From Ramazzottius varieornatus (taxonomy: Eukaryota > Animalia > Tardigrada), in NCBI GenBank assembly GCA_001949185.1, contig BDGG01000003.1, positions 4,331,610 through 4,395,609 on the forward strand: DNA of 64,000 bases. Reading direction: 5' to 3'. Below, one piece after another: positions 22,428-37,790 of the stretch. A program made the position numbers and the translations under genes. The first letter of the stretch is position 1. Each line of letters starts with the position of its first letter. The notes under the pieces are model-generated. The model saw nothing but the letters and a program-made list of their open reading frames with translations. It did no database searches and was not told the origin of the DNA.

Positions 22428-25400
22428 ATGATGGGTCCGCTGGAGGCTGAACCGTCCACTCCTACGAGGGAACTTCGCAAGAGGAAACTGCCTTCTTCCG
22501 AAGTCAAGTCTGCTCCACCAGGGAAGGTAATAAAACTCTCTGCAGGAGATTCGGCAATACTTTTGAAGGAAAAAGAGCGGCTGATCAAGCGTCGTGAAAG
22601 CAACCAAAAGTCCCGAGCAAAGAAACTGGCCTCTGCAAAGATCGCATCGTCTTCCCTCATACCGACTGGGACAAAGACTCCCAAGTTTAGCTTGGACAAA
22701 GGTTCGTCCAAGAAGTTTGAGCTGAAGAAGAAACCCAAGGAGGAAGACGCACAGAACCTCATTTCCGTTAACTTCATTCCCGTCGAAGAAGCTGTCACGA
22801 ATGGGACTACGCCTGGAAAGCTGACCAAACCGACGTTCATCGTCCAAATGGTAACTGGAAACTCAGCGAACGCGTCGACATCGGGACCTACAGCTCATGC
22901 TGTCTTTCCCTTCAACGGGGGTACTTCGTCAGGTCCCACCAAGTGCATTTTCCGATTGACGCCACCAGTTGTAACCAAAGCTACGCAGGATGTCAGAGTG
23001 ACCAAACCAAAGTCGTTCACGCTCAACCGGCTTACTCCCAATGCCAATGGCGAGAAAGTAATCTTCATGCCACCAATTACAGTATGCCCTACTTTGTCCG
23101 GAACGTTTTCAGTTCCCTATTCCGACAGTGGTTCTTTTCTGATAGCCAGCGGTCCATGATGCTTTACCGGACGTTCCCTCACCGTCGAACAACGGTAACC
23201 TAGCCACCACTACCAGCTCGAGCAAACCGTCAATTTCTCAGAAGCTGAAGACGCTGAAACCCCAGGCGGTGGTTATGGCACCAAACTGGACGGAAATTCC
23301 TCGGAAAACAACCGGCTCAACATCGGTAAGTCAAAATGACGCTAAAATACGACGTTGCTGTAAGGAATCGTTAAGTGTCATGTGCTGACTTGTCTGCGTT
23401 TCAGCCGGTAGTCGTCGTGAAGCAGAAGAAGTCTCGAAATGGAACTGCAGCGGCGGAGGTTGGTTCCAGTGTAGTCATGCCGGGGAGCGGAAGTTCTTCG
23501 AAACTGATAGTACTGCCCAGCCCGGAAGTTATCCCGCTAGTTACGATGTGAGAACCGTCCTATTCAGATTAAACTTTGTCGTTTTTCACACGTCGAAAGT
23601 TCAGCGTTGAATATTTATTCCTTACAGGGCTCCGACTGACACGGAATGGACGGACATAGTTCGCGCTTACGAAGCTGCTGGTTTGAATGCTCGATGTTCC
23701 AAAGAGAAAGAAAAGAAGATTATCAAAGATCTCGAGAACTGTCGGCTGGTTAGTTTGATGAGTTTCGTGATTTTTCAGCATGGACTTCGATCAATCTTTT
23801 TTGTACCTTTTTAGACGTGTGAGGACCAACAAGTGTTGTGGAAGGCGTTACCCAGTACAGTTCCGCTGGAAGTTCATGGCCTTCTTCCAGCAAAGATCGG
23901 AGATCTACTAAGCATCGGGCGGTTTATAGAAATACTTCAGTACTTGAACAGAAATACGCGCGCAAAAAGAAGAGCCATGAATCTGGGTAAGAAATATTAA
24001 ATGAGACATGGACAATAAGCTCAACAAAATCGTTTCTTCAAGTGGCGCAGGCTTTCAACCAGTAACGATGAAATCATGCGTCACTTGGGGGAACGATTTT
24101 GTCGAATTTGCTTGCCGAACTACCGAGTGCGGTATCGGTATTGGTCCTGCAATTCTGTAAAAAATATTCCATGTCTAAATCATTTCCCGCTTTAGATTTT
24201 ATCGTGTCGGCTGTAAGCAGTTCGGCGTTGGGCGACACGGGAGCCTACCTGTGCTTGCTGTACTGGCTGGTGTGGGCCTTCGATGAGCGGAAAGTGATTG
24301 GCCAAGGACTGAAGGTAATTTTCCATCTTGCCTAAACTACGAACGAACCTGATTCGATGGTCAACGCGATTAATTATTGCTCTCCTTGAAGATTCGGCAA
24401 GAACTCGGTGTAAGCATTCAGTCCATCGAAACCGATCACCTGCTGTCAGGCGAATCATTGCGGCAGTATCTTTTGACGTTGTGTGAATACAAGGCACCAG
24501 GACCATTGGGCAACGTAAGTTTACCGTTCGTCGACGGGGTTCAATTTTGGCACCAGTTCTAACGACGATTAATCGTTTTGTAGCATTTCGAGCTGCTGCA
24601 GAAGCTTAAATACGTGGACTTGAGTGAGCTGACCGTAACGGAAAGAGTCGACGTTTTCACGTTTGCACACGGTTTGATCCTGAGGCACACGGATTTCTTC
24701 CAGTTTTGCATGAACAGACTGGATTGTGAGCATACTTCCGCAGTGTAAGTACTTAGAATAATACAGTAGTATAAGTTCGGTGAAAGCTCGGATCGGTATT
24801 TTCCCGAGCACATCATTATCTTTTGTTTTCAGTCACAGGCGGAAGTGCAGTCAAGAAGCATACTCCCAAGGTTTGGCCAAGCTAAAAGGTACGAAAACGT
24901 TGTCATTTCTTACTGGCAGTGGCGAATGACAACACTAAATGTATCTTGCAGGAGTAGAAGATCGCCTGCGTGTCTTTGAGGATGGAACAAAGACTAGCCG
25001 CAACGAAGACCGAGAAAAGTCGAAAATTCTCGGTGAGTTGCTTTCGTCGGCTTTTCATCGCTCCACGTGTTTGTGTAAACCTCCCATTGCTGTCATCGAT
25101 CTGTCAATCTAAATATCGGTAATACTATCTGTTATAGAGGAGCAAAGAAACCTCACTAAAGATCTCGAGAGGTACAGACAGGATCGCAAGGACGCCGAAG
25201 AGGAAGCGCAGGTAGTTTAGCACAGCTGATTTCAAAATTCGCCGAAGCCTGTCAGAGTATGAAATTTTTCTGTTAGGAGCTGCTGAAGGTTATGAATATG
25301 GCCTGCCACTCTGACTGTCTGGGCTACGATCGTTCATTCAATCGCTACTGGTACTTTCCCGAGCTCTCCGACAACGTCTTCGTCGAAGCCGGTTGGTCTT

Positions 25401-26326
25401 CCTCCATGCAGTCTACCGTCGCGTCCTCCCCAGAGAAACCTTCGCCGAAGCTCCTCGGTAACTTTGTCTTGGCTACGCGTCCCGGTGAGCTGTGCTACCT
25501 GCACGACAACGGTAAGCACGGCAGATGTGATGGCAAGACGGCACCTCCGACCAACACTGACAACCGCTGGTCCAGTTACAAGCCCGAACAGTTCCAAGAA
25601 CTGTACGACTGTCTGAACCCTCTCGGCATGCGAGAGAGTCCGTTGAGGTTCAAACTGAAGGCACTCATAACACAACAATCATCCTTAGCCGATCGGCCAG
25701 TCAGACCTGCGCCGATCATCGCACACTCAGTATTAGACAGCTTAGGCGAATTGTTTGAGAAGATCACCATCGACTTGATCGAGAATCAGTTCTTGTCTAA
25801 AGCTCTGCCGGAAGGCTGGAATGACAAGTTTAATAGTAACAGTCTTCCGGAGATCAAAGAGTCCATGGTCAATGTCGTACAGTTGATACTTCCGGCGTTG
25901 GTCAAGTTTAGAGAGCCGTCGCTGGAAACGACCGAGTTGCTCTTCCTTGAGTCATGGACGAACGCCGTGACGGAAACGAATAACGTCTCGAGATTGTACT
26001 TTCTTTGTAAAGTCTTGGATATGTCCGTGCTGTGGCAGAGGGGGCTGCACAAAGAGAATTGTAGAGTTTGTGGGAAGAACAAGCGGAATAGAATGAAGAG
26101 GTGTGTTCAGTGCGCGTACATCTTCCACAACGAAGAGTGTATGGCGTTCACCAGCAGTCGCTGTCTGACGTGTTGTGGACTTGGCCAATCCTCCGTTGTC
26201 CAAGAAGGGTCATCGGCTGTTTCCTTACCGTTTGCGGATAAAAGAACTGCCACACCGTCCACGATATCCATAGACGAAAGAGAAACAGTTCAGCCAGTTT
26301 TTATTTCTGAGCAAATTGCTGAGTGA
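22428..26326 (+). CDS. BAZ1 (ACF1/WSTF)-like chromatin protein, paralogue 1: DDT, WHIM1, WHIM2/3 (WSD) and a compact PHD-like finger; no WAC domain or bromodomain seen
   Basis: DDT exon ~23816-23986 ('EDQQVLWKALP...IGDLLSIGRFIE'), 'LGYDRSFNRYWYF', 'LYDCLNPLGMRESPL', 'SRLYFLCKVLDMSVLW...CRVC...CVQC...FH...C...CLTC'. The start is approximate. Confidence 0.75.
24008..24118. repeat. Palindromic element (core 24040), BAZ1-like-1 intron
   Basis: AAGTGGCGCA-27-TGCGTCACTT. Confidence 0.9.
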
Positions 26327-26506
26327 AAGTTACGATTGGTAGTTTTCTTCTGTTTGCTTTGAACTTTGAAACATCTTTATGTGTATTCCCTATCCGATCT
26401 CGTGGACTTTTTCTTCTGTTCTTTGCATGTTCGTCCGACCTCAGCGTACTTCAGGATTATGAGTTTTAATCCCATGGGATACCAAAATTTCTGCATAATT
26501 GGGACG

Positions 26507-26622
26507 TCGGTAAATGAGATCAGCCAGATCATTTTCCTAAGCGGCGCAGACTACCCGCTAGTAACAATAGGAATTTGCGTCACTTGAGATGACGATCGGG
26601 TTCAGTTTGAGTTTCTTTGCCC
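26507..26622. repeat. Palindromic element (core 26539), between convergent 3' ends
   Basis: AAGCGGCGCA...TGCGTCACTT. Confidence 0.85.
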
Positions 26623-26811
26623 ACGTTGCAATTACGATACTCGAATATGAAACAGACTTTCGACATCCAAAATAAAAGAATTGGACAGTAAAATGTAACA
26701 GGCGGTTGGAGCGATCAACGAAATACGAAGTGATCAAATAGAGAATGGCGGAACCGAAATGGATTACACTACTTCGATATTGTGACTAGACGAACAGTAA
26801 GAAAAAAATAG

Positions 26812-28285
<1,474 letters not shown>

Positions 28286-29039
28286 AGCTTACAAATCACG
28301 AAGATCTGGAGGAGGCTGCGTAATTATCAGAAAAATCTTCCGATCCCTACATCCGATAACCCTGTAATAAAGATTGCTTGGAAATGGGCATCAATCCATA
28401 ATCAAATGGACCATTCATCAGTAAACAATCAAGCACAATGGTCACGTACGTATGTCATAGACGTCATTGTCATAGTGTGTTATGTCATATCTGTATCACC
28501 GAGCAGCTGGCGTCGATTGATTGTTGCTCTTGATTGGCACCATGAACAGAACCAGATCAAAATCTTTGTTCGAACATTGGCGGCCTTCGTAACAACTAGA
28601 ACTTTGGGAGCAGCAGACTAGCCGCCATTTCTCTCATCTTTCTTTTTGCAGATCGGAAGCTGTCAACCTGTTACAATCCGCAGAGATCTAACGCTTTCGA
28701 TTTGAAGCATCAATGCAGAACTTCCAAGGAGGATTGTTATAACCCAACATAGCGGCCCACCTGCATCCGGAGCTTACAGTGAAAACACCCCACAAGACCC
28801 TGTCTTCGATTGATCCGTGTGTACTTCTGTAGCCTCCACAATCGAAGCCCAGCAACGATTCAGGGCTGCGAAGAAGGCTCAAGCTTTATCATTGGATCCA
28901 TCTACAGCGACTCACTGATTTCAGAGGTGAGGAATTGCTCGTTTAGTTGCCTCAAACATACTAAGCGAATTTTCGTTTTCTGCTTTGGTTGTTTCATATT
29001 GTTGTTTCCGCAATTTATAGTTGGGAAGGAGTGATCGTG

Positions 29040-32000
29040 ATGCCATTATCCAGCCGTGCTGAAACGTATTCTCCAGCGATCGTGATGGTACCCGTGCAGA
29101 AGAGCACAACCAAGTCCTTCAAGCAGACCACTTTGAATTTCGGATTGTCACCCAGATCCGCCATCACCGAAACCATGCCTTCCACATCGACACCGAAGCC
29201 ATCCAAGTCGGCTAAGGCAGCCAAGAAGTCTCGCAAAGACGACTGGTCTGCCGACAAGTCGATGAAGCAGTCCAGGTTGTCTTTCACCGCATCGGAGTCA
29301 GGCCGGGATTCGGGCTTCGAGAGTAACTTACCATCGGGTAACGTTAGTGAACATAGCCTTGAGATTGGCGTTCCAGCTTCGAATACCAAATCGAGCAAAT
29401 CAACGAAATCAGCCGAAACCGTAGAAATAGATTTGTCAGGCAGTAGCACCAAGTTGAAACAGTCCAAGAAGAATGAATCGTCCAACAGAACTCCTTCGAA
29501 AATAGATTCGTCAACCGAAACGGAAAAGGGCATTCTGAAAGATAAACATGTCGCTATTCCTCTGGCTACAGCGTGAGTACTTTCGTCCACAATACACTGG
29601 AATACTCATAATTGCATTGACCGGCTCGTAGAAAACGAAATTGGCCAAATCATTTCTCCAACTGGCGCATGTTTTCAGCTTATAACATTGGAAACATGCG
29701 CCACTTAAGAAACCCTCTTGTCAAAATCGGAACATTCGGCAGAAGGTTTTGAGAGACTTATTGAATTGTTTCGTGTTTTTATATCCATAGTCTGCCCAAG
29801 GATTCAGACTGCGCTGATATGGCGTACGCGTTCCGTCGTGCCAAGCTGGAAGCAGTGGTCTCCGTCAAGAAGGAGAAGGCTATCTTGAGGCATCTTCGTA
29901 CTGGTCGCGAAGTGAGTGTGGAAATTTTGAATTTCTTAGAAGTTATTCGTTTGTTCTTATTTATGTTTCTAATTTTGCTCTTCTAGACGTACGAGGATTC
30001 AGAAATCGTGTGGCCTGACCTTCCTTCACCAGCTTCCGTGAAGACGCATGAAGCTCTGGCACATTCCTCTGGGGATTTGATCGCCTTCGGCCACTTCCTG
30101 GAGCTCTTGCAGAACTCGGACGAAAGGCAGCGTCTCAAGAAATGCCGATACGATTTGCGTAAGAAAAGTTGTCATTACTTTATGTACTACAATATCTTGA
30201 CTTGTCGATACATATCGTACTTTTATTTCTGTTGTGTACCTTTCAGAATATTTGCAAGAAGCGATAACCATGGAAAATGGCGGAACATCTGGAGACACTT
30301 ACTGCTCCATTCTTTTCTTACTGGCCGAAACCTTCAGAGAAATGAGTCCAGATTACAAGGTACAGGAAGTTGCTAGCTCGATTAGAAATATGGTCAGTAG
30401 GAAAAGGACAGTACTGATTACTGAAGTGACTTTTGATGGTTTATAACATCGCAAGCATGTTTTAGTTTGCGGCCATATTCCCAGTTCGTTTCGACGAACT
30501 TTCTCCGGACCACCTGCTGGCATGCGAGTCTCTCCGACAGCAGCTGTCCGAGTTTATGCGTGCGGCAAAGTTTGACTTCGCACCAGACTTTGCCGCGTTG
30601 ATCGAGAAACTTACCACGACCGACGTCAGAGACCTTTCTGTGACGGAAAGACTGACGTTACTTCTGAAGAGTCAGGACCTTCTCATCCGCGGCACCAAGT
30701 TTTACTCCACGTATCACCAAAAACTCTCCGATGAAAAAGACAAGATACGGTATAAATAAGATCGTTTTCCGAAGTGGCGCGCCCTGTCCGCCACCACCAC
30801 CTAAAGCGTGCGCCACTTTGAAAAGTTTTGTTAGGGTTGTTTGGCGAGCCACTGAACCTTTCACCGTTCCTTTTCGTTTTATGTTTTGGTAAACTAATTC
30901 ATGTTTGTTACCTCAGGCAAACGATCAAGTTTTTGACGGACACCTTGGCCGAACTGACTTCCGGTATTGCTGCTGAAGACGACAAGTACACGGCACTGAT
31001 GGACAGGTCGAATAGTGCACCGATGTCTAGATTCACTTCGAAAGAGATCAGTGACACCGAAAGTAAGTTGGAAACCGTTTTAGTTTTCTTCGTCATCAGA
31101 AAAACTATCGTTGACTATCGTTTGCTTTTGTAGAGACACTAACGAAACTTCGGAAGCAGTACGACGAAGCCCTCATCGAGCAGAAATTCGCCCATCTGAA
31201 ACTCTCCGTAAGCCTTTATGATATTTTCTTCCCCGATTAACCGTTTAAGAACCTGTCAAAGAATTTCATTCGTTTCTCTTTTGTTCGTCTTCCAGACGTT
31301 ACAGAGTCTTCTGACGGAAGCTACACACGCCGAGCATCTCGGTTACGATCGCCACCACAATCGTTACTGGTTCTTCCCAGAGCTCAGCCAGGGTATCTTC
31401 GTCGAGTCAGGGTGGTACGTGCCTCTTTCTAGCAGCAGAGATACCTCCACCACCACGGAACCTCTACCCGTAGTCTGCAACTTCGTTCTCACTGGGAGCG
31501 CATCGGGTAGCGACCCGACTTACTCTGCACTATACCGTCTTTCCGAGGATGGTGAGTACCGTTTGTGCAGCCAAGACAGCAGCGTACCGCCTTCTGGCCC
31601 GAACCAGTGGTTCTTGTACAGTCCTGAGCAGTTGGAACAGCTGTGTGAGGCGATGATTCCCTTTGGTGTACGTGAGAAGAAGCTGAGGAAAGAGCTGAAG
31701 AAGGTACAAGAGTCGGTGCAGTCTGTGGAGAGAAGAGCGGAGCCGACTGTCCTGCAGAACCATCTCGAAGCGCTGACGAACTATGTGAAGAGTGTGGTTG
31801 ATCAGCTGGTCAAGGGACAATGCATTCCCACAGAGACAGAAATCAGCTGGGAAGTGACCGAAGAGGAGACGGATATTGATCGGTTGAAGAGAAATATCAT
31901 CTGGATTTACGAGTATGTTCCGTTTTGCTTTTCTCGATAGTTTTTTTGGCGAATTTGCAGAGTTGGTGCCTTCGTGCGCGTATCTACATACAAAACGAAA

Positions 32001-32777
32001 TGCGTGTAAAAGGGAGTTCGGGTATGCAGGTGCTCGATAGCGTACGTTCCGAGTATTGGTTTGCTTTTTTGCAGATGCATACTCCCTTATCGCAGCAAAA
32101 CCGTAAAATTGAGTGTACAGGTGGCTGGAGCTTACGAATATCTTTTTCTACTGTGTACTTTTTAATACTTTTTACTGTTTGGTGTGGTATAGTATATGCT
32201 GTGAAGTTGTTTAACCTGTTTTATTTGCAGCTCGATCTTTCCTGGGTTTCTTCACACGGACCTTCGACCGGAAATCACCACTGGCGAAACTCTCTGGAGG
32301 GAAAGCGTCTCCTCCACCAGCAACATTTCCCGCTTGTACTACCTCTTCGTCGTCCTCGATCGCTCGATCAAATGGGAGTTCCGGATAACCGAACATTCAA
32401 CATGTGACGCCTGCAGTAGGAAGACCCACCGTGTGCGGCTCCGTCGGTGCAACGAATGCCGCAAGGTTTACCACGCTAAAGACTGCGCCTGGTTCGTCAG
32501 TGGTCAATGCCACTTCTGCCGAGATGCCTCGCTGGGCGTACCCATTGAAGGACTGATGAATGTGGCAGATGGCGTCGAACCACCCTCGCCATCTGGCCAT
32601 TCCAGTGTGGGGAGTGCTCGAGAGAATGTGGAGCTGATAGATGGTACAGTTCGGACGGCGCGGGCCAAGCGAGCTGACAAACGGGCGGGAAGGTCGGAGA
32701 GCTTGGAGACCATCGAAAGTGTTAACCTACCAACTAGTGTCTATTTTTTACGAAATAGAAAACGCCCTTGTGCTTGA
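29040..32777 (+). CDS. BAZ1 (ACF1/WSTF)-like chromatin protein, paralogue 2, same architecture as paralogue 1
   Basis: DDT 'EDSEIVWPDLPSP...GDLIAFGHFLELL', WHIM1 'DLSVTERLTLL', 'LGYDRHHNRYWFF', 'CEAMIPFGVREKKL', 'SRLYYLFVVLDRSIKW...CDAC...CNEC...YH...C...CHFC'. Several intron positions are shared with paralogue 1. Confidence 0.75.
29627..29735. repeat. Palindromic element (core 29660), BAZ1-like-2 intron
   Basis: AACTGGCGCA-27-TGCGCCACTT. Confidence 0.9.
30755..30848. repeat. Palindromic element (core 30772), BAZ1-like-2 intron
   Basis: AAGTGGCGCG-27-TGCGCCACTT. Confidence 0.9.
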
Positions 32778-33077
32778 ATGTTTTAGCTGCATGATAGTAG
32801 AATCTGACCAATGAATCTGCATACGCCATGATATTTACTGTGTTGTCTCGTAGTGGGTCGGCTTTTGGTTCTAATTTGCAGTCGAATACGTAACTGTCAT
32901 TTTTTGAAAGCGCCCGTTTCTTCCCCTCGTTTCATTGTGAATCCGTGTTACCCTCTATCGTGGTTGTACCAGATGCCTCGTTTGTAGTCATTACTCGTTG
33001 TAAGTGACTCGTAATTTTATTTGTTGTGCTTGCTCCAAGTATGTAATATAAATGTATGTATATATATAGTATGTGAT

Positions 33078-33305
33078 AAAAAAAAAGATTTTTTTGCGCA
33101 TTGTTGAACTACCTTTGATAATTTAATATACATATATATGTTATGTTATATATATATATAACATAACAAAACATATATATATATATATATATATGTTTTG
33201 TTATATATATATATATATATATTAAATTATCAAAGGTTAAACTATATATATATGTGTTAAATTATCAAAGGTAATTCAACAGTGCGCAAAAATAATTTTT
33301 CTTTT
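33078..33305. repeat. AT-rich palindrome / foldback element with a (TA)n core
   Basis: TTTTTGCGCATTGTTGAACTACCTTTGATAATTTAA (33091-33126) is inverted against 33257-33292. The interior is itself palindromic around (TA)n. Confidence 0.85.
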
Positions 33306-33365
33306 CAACTTTAGCCAGGTACAAAACGTATGCAGCTTGAAATCGAAGGAATGACTTGGATTGAG

Positions 33366-35380
33366 CTAGGACGAGGAGAGTGGTAGCCACTGTAGTCTGT
33401 CACGACGGACTTCAGACGGGTTGAACCGCCACATGTTGAGGCATAGCTGCTCAGGCTTCTTCCACAGCTTCCTATAGTCAGGCTGTGCTTCGAAACTCCA
33501 GTGTGGACAGAATCTCTTCCACAAATAGCCACGACTTCCCGGTGGACTAACTTCCATGACGTCGATCACAGCCGGCATAAACAGGTAAACCTTCAAAACA
33601 GCGGTAGAATAACCCTACTGTCATGTAATGTAACGTCATATATTACCTATGTATGACATGTCTGTGTAATTACCGTTCTTTCACGCGTTTTCCGTTCAAG
33701 GAGCTCTGCCACGTGTTCGTGCTTGACATGGTCGCTCATTCCAATGTTGACGAACCGCTCGCTCTCGTGTCTTGGCAGGAGAAGGGGAAATTGTGGAACG
33801 ATGTACGTCTGGTAGTAAGCCACATGCACTTCCGGTTGGGTCGTCAGCGTACGCTGGGCTGTTGAAAGACTGGGAATCACGCCGCCTTGGTGGACAAAAC
33901 CAAAGAAGAAACCAGCTATGAGGTTAAACGCTATCCAGATTGCTTTCAACGGTGAACAGTTCCACACGATGTCCGCCAGGAGAATGAACATCGGGATCAT
34001 TAAAGGCAGGAGGAAACGAGGCTCCTGATGTGGTATCATCGAGATCAGGAATAAAGGAACTAATATGATTAAAAAGAAAATGTAAGACTTTTCTTCGCGT
34101 AGCTTCTGCCGTAGAGAGGGAAAAAGAAGCGCGAAGAGCATGGGACCGAAGAGCTGTGGCATGCTGACGGTGAGATGGAAGTATCTTGGATGCAGACCGT
34201 GCACTTCGTTGTTCTTCGGGTTGATGTTGTACAGGAAGAATTGGTAGGGAGTGACGACAAATCTACCGAAGTAGAGACTGTCCACGGCGATGAACACAGC
34301 GCATGTTAAAAGTCCGGCAGTAACGCCACGAACTACATTTTTCACCTGAAAAACAACATTCGGAAGGATTACAAAGAGCGGAAATAAGATGAGGCGTGGT
34401 CACACAATGTCGAAAAGTTTTCCTTATGGCGCACTCTTCCAGTTTACAACACCGTAGACGTACGCCACTTGGGAAAACTATCAAACTGGACGAGATTGTT
34501 GCCCCAAGTGGCGCACGTCTCCGGGCATATTGACCAACCGCTTGCGCCACTTACGACAGCAATCTTGCCGATTTTGTTTGGCGAGCTCACGAAAAGAGAC
34601 TTTCTGAGCCACTACAACCTCAGGTACGCTACAAATAATTTCAGTGGTTTCATGGTAGTTGAATTCACGAAAAAAGTTACTTGGTAGCGAGCGAGAACGA
34701 GAAGCCACGGAATGGTTCCGAAAGCCAAGAATGTCGGTCGGTTGAATATTCCCGCAGCGCTGACAATGCCAATCCACTTCGCCGCAGACCTCTGCGACAT
34801 TTGGCCATAGAGCGTAGACCTGCATACCAAGTACAGGAGCCAGGCAAACAGGAAAGTCTCGACCGAGTTACTAAACGTTCTCGACAAGAAGATGAATTCC
34901 AGGTAAGACGTCCGGAAGCACAAATCCAGCGCCCGGCTTCTTTGTCGACTTTTGGCCTTCACGCTTATCTCAGGTAAAAACCACCACAGTAGAACCCGCA
35001 GGAAGAAGAGGATGATTCTTGAAATAACAAGCATGAAGTACGAAGGGACAGAGACGCGCAGGTAACGAGAAACGAGAAGCGTGAAGTCAAATGGAATGCC
35101 CGTCGTCAGGTAAGGGATAGTAATGGTCCGCAGGGAGTTGACTGGATCGAACTCCCATGCTCGGTAATGTGTCACGTTGAAGATATCGCCTGTGCAACAA
35201 CGTTCCATCAGTAATACCCATGTGCAGGAGGCAAAGGATTTACGTACCGGCCATAATCTCGGGGTTTTGAAAGAATTCATCCGGATGGATGTAGCCAGTC
35301 TGGAACAGCGCGGCGATCTCCAGAGTTATCCAGAAGCAGCCTTGAAGGAACAGATTGCGCGTAATGGGTATGTTCACCAT
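33366..35380 (-). CDS. PIGZ: GPI mannosyltransferase 4 (PIG-Z/Smp3)
   Basis: 'GYIHPDEFFQNPEIMAG', 'RTFSNSVET', 'GIFNRPTF', 'HGLHPRYFH', 'PHQEPRFLLPL', 'FGFVHQGGVIP'. Confidence 0.93.
34400..34585. repeat. Palindromic element, dimer (cores 34424, 34506), PIGZ intron
   Basis: Period 82; the second unit has a 27-nt spacer. Confidence 0.9.
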
Positions 35381-36074
35381 TGTGGTAGCTACTTATCATC
35401 TGAAACCGAGACAAGAAGGTGCTCGCCGGAAGTCGAGGCCGAAGCTGTGAGGAAAAGGAAGAAAACTTGTGAAGTTGAGAAAGAAATTCCGATTTGTAGA
35501 ATCCAATGTCTAAAACCAAAACACGATAATGTTATGTTATCATCGTCATGTCATGTCATGTCAGGGTATACGGTTTGTTGCCGCCTGTATTATCACAAAA
35601 GCAGTCACCACTGGTCACTCTTACGACCTGACGACCGCAATCTAAACCGGATCTCCATCGTGATTCTGTTTTATAGAAGCCTAGAAGGATTCTACCGTTT
35701 TTACCATTTCAGGTTCTAGTAATGTACGATGGAGCGGATGACTGCATAGCCATGCCAGAGTTCCAGAGTGTTGACTTGGCTTTTGTGCAATCTGTAACTG
35801 CAAACTGGCTCGAGCCTGATAATCTCTGCATTCTCAAATTCCTGGCCTTGTTTCGTCATATGTCACAAGGGATATCAGTAGCGTGTGTGATCAGAGAAGC
35901 TACCTGTCCATTGACAATAAATCACAGAACAAGGTAATGGAGTTCTAATCTCGTCATACCTGCAAGTCCACGTGTTTCGCATCCCCACACCTTTATTTAC
36001 ATGCCGTCAAAGCGCTATTATCGGCTGTCCGTATTCGTGAGAAGCTGCAGTTTTCAAGTTCTGCGACGATCGCC

Positions 36075-37790
36075 ATGCCTGCTGTCCAGATGAATTTTCT
36101 ACCAGTCATCATTCTATTAGTATCGTTTCTGTGTGGAACTTTGCAGCTGGACAACTTATCAAACACAGGTAAGCGTAGTACTACTTGTACCGGTGTTGGA
36201 ACACCAACGACGAACCCACATAGGACGTAGGAAAATGATTCCATCCAGATCGTTATCTCAAGTGGCGCATGTTTACGTGCTGCTGGCCGAGGGTATGCGC
36301 CAGTTGAGAAAACGATCTGACCGAAATCATTCGCCGACGTCCGATATAATATTATCATTGTACTTGCTTATAATTATAGCATCCATTTTTCAGTCGTGCT
36401 GGATGATATGTGCAGAAGCGCCAACCGCACCATCGTACTTCCTTGTCAAGCATCTTCGAACAGAAGATCCGGTTCCTTGATCTTCGACGAATATCCCTTG
36501 TCTGACTGTGATATCCTGGTCAAGGTGGTTCCTACCATGGAAAAGTGCAAAGCGGAAATCGATGACGGGGTTCAGTACGGAATTCACTTCAATATCCGGT
36601 ACAAGTTATCAGAAGACTTAGAAACAAGCAACCTTCATGATGTGAAGCTCGTGCAACCTAATTTGTCACTCTCCTTGTTATAATTAGGGACTTGTCGCTG
36701 CAGTACGACGACCTCTTTGAGGTCTTCGAATTCCCCAGAACCAACGTCGAGGATATCAGCTCTCTGCAAAGATTCAAAGTCAAGTCCCTCAGCGGACTGG
36801 ACGACATTAGCGCCTGCCGGACGGAACCATCCTCTTGTGCCCAACTGATATCCGCCTATGGATCCAGTCCGACACTGATACTCCATTTCCAGCGTGGAAT
36901 CTTTCAAGCGAGGAACCCGGCTAGACCGTTTCGGATAGACTACACAGTTCTCACTCGTACGTGTCAACCTTTCACATTTGGGACGTCGGCAAATGACCTG
37001 AACACACTCGTTATCCCAAGTTGCGCACGCTTCCATCATTAATGGCTGAAATTATGCGCCACTTGGAAAGACGAGCATGTTCAGATCATCTGTTGACGTT
37101 CTGCTTAATTCATGTCCGTTCTCTCATTTCTGGCGTTCACGCATCGGTGCTTTCACAGGATATCGTTCAGGTGGACATGGTGAAGTTTTCTGCAGTGCGC
37201 TACAAGGTTACTTAAGGACAGATTTGATGTGCAGTAGAGAAGACCGGATATATTGTCCTTCCTCCTATGAGAAGGCTCTTGGGCTAAATCCCGCCGAGAA
37301 GAAGAATCAAGGGTTTCCGGCTCATGACCAATGCAGGAGCCGTAAGAATATCACTCTAACATTCACGAAGTCGAAGTTGTACAGCAAGTCGGTTGTTGTA
37401 GGGATACTGACGGCGGAAATTATTCTGGTTGGGTTTGCTTCCCTGCTTACCCTCACATTTGTCCTCTTCTGTGTCCTGTTCTGCTGCAAACGTTGGAATG
37501 CCCGACATGAGAAGATGGACGTTCGTTCTTTACCATCATACAGAACAGCGACGCGACCGTCACGGTTGGCCACCATATCAGAGGAAGTGCAGGGCCGTGG
37601 TGAGGACGGACAGTTGGACCACGCCTTCGATGACAACCTTCCGCATTACGAAGAACTCTTCCCACCTGTTAGAGCCACTGATGGTCGACGTCCCATCACG
37701 AGCATCGAGAATGAGGGTTCCATCTGCATGGAGTCATCGACCGCTTCAGCAAGAAACCAAGTCCGACATATGAGTTCCTATGGGATATAG
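36075..37790 (+). CDS. Single-pass type I membrane protein (signal peptide, Cys-containing CUB-like ectodomain, TM helix, cytosolic LPxY motifs)
   Basis: Signal 'MNFLPVIILLVSFLCG'. Exons ~36075-36169, 36394-36598, 36704-36957, 37159-37790. TM 'VVVGILTAEIILVGFASLLTLTFVLFCVLFCC'. LPSY and LPHYEE in the tail. Confidence 0.65.
36228..36337. repeat. Palindromic element (core 36260), membrane-protein intron
   Basis: AAGTGGCGCA-26-TGCGCCAGTT. Confidence 0.9.
36986..37096. repeat. Palindromic element (core 37018), membrane-protein intron
   Basis: AAGTTGCGCA-27-TGCGCCACTT. Confidence 0.9.
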
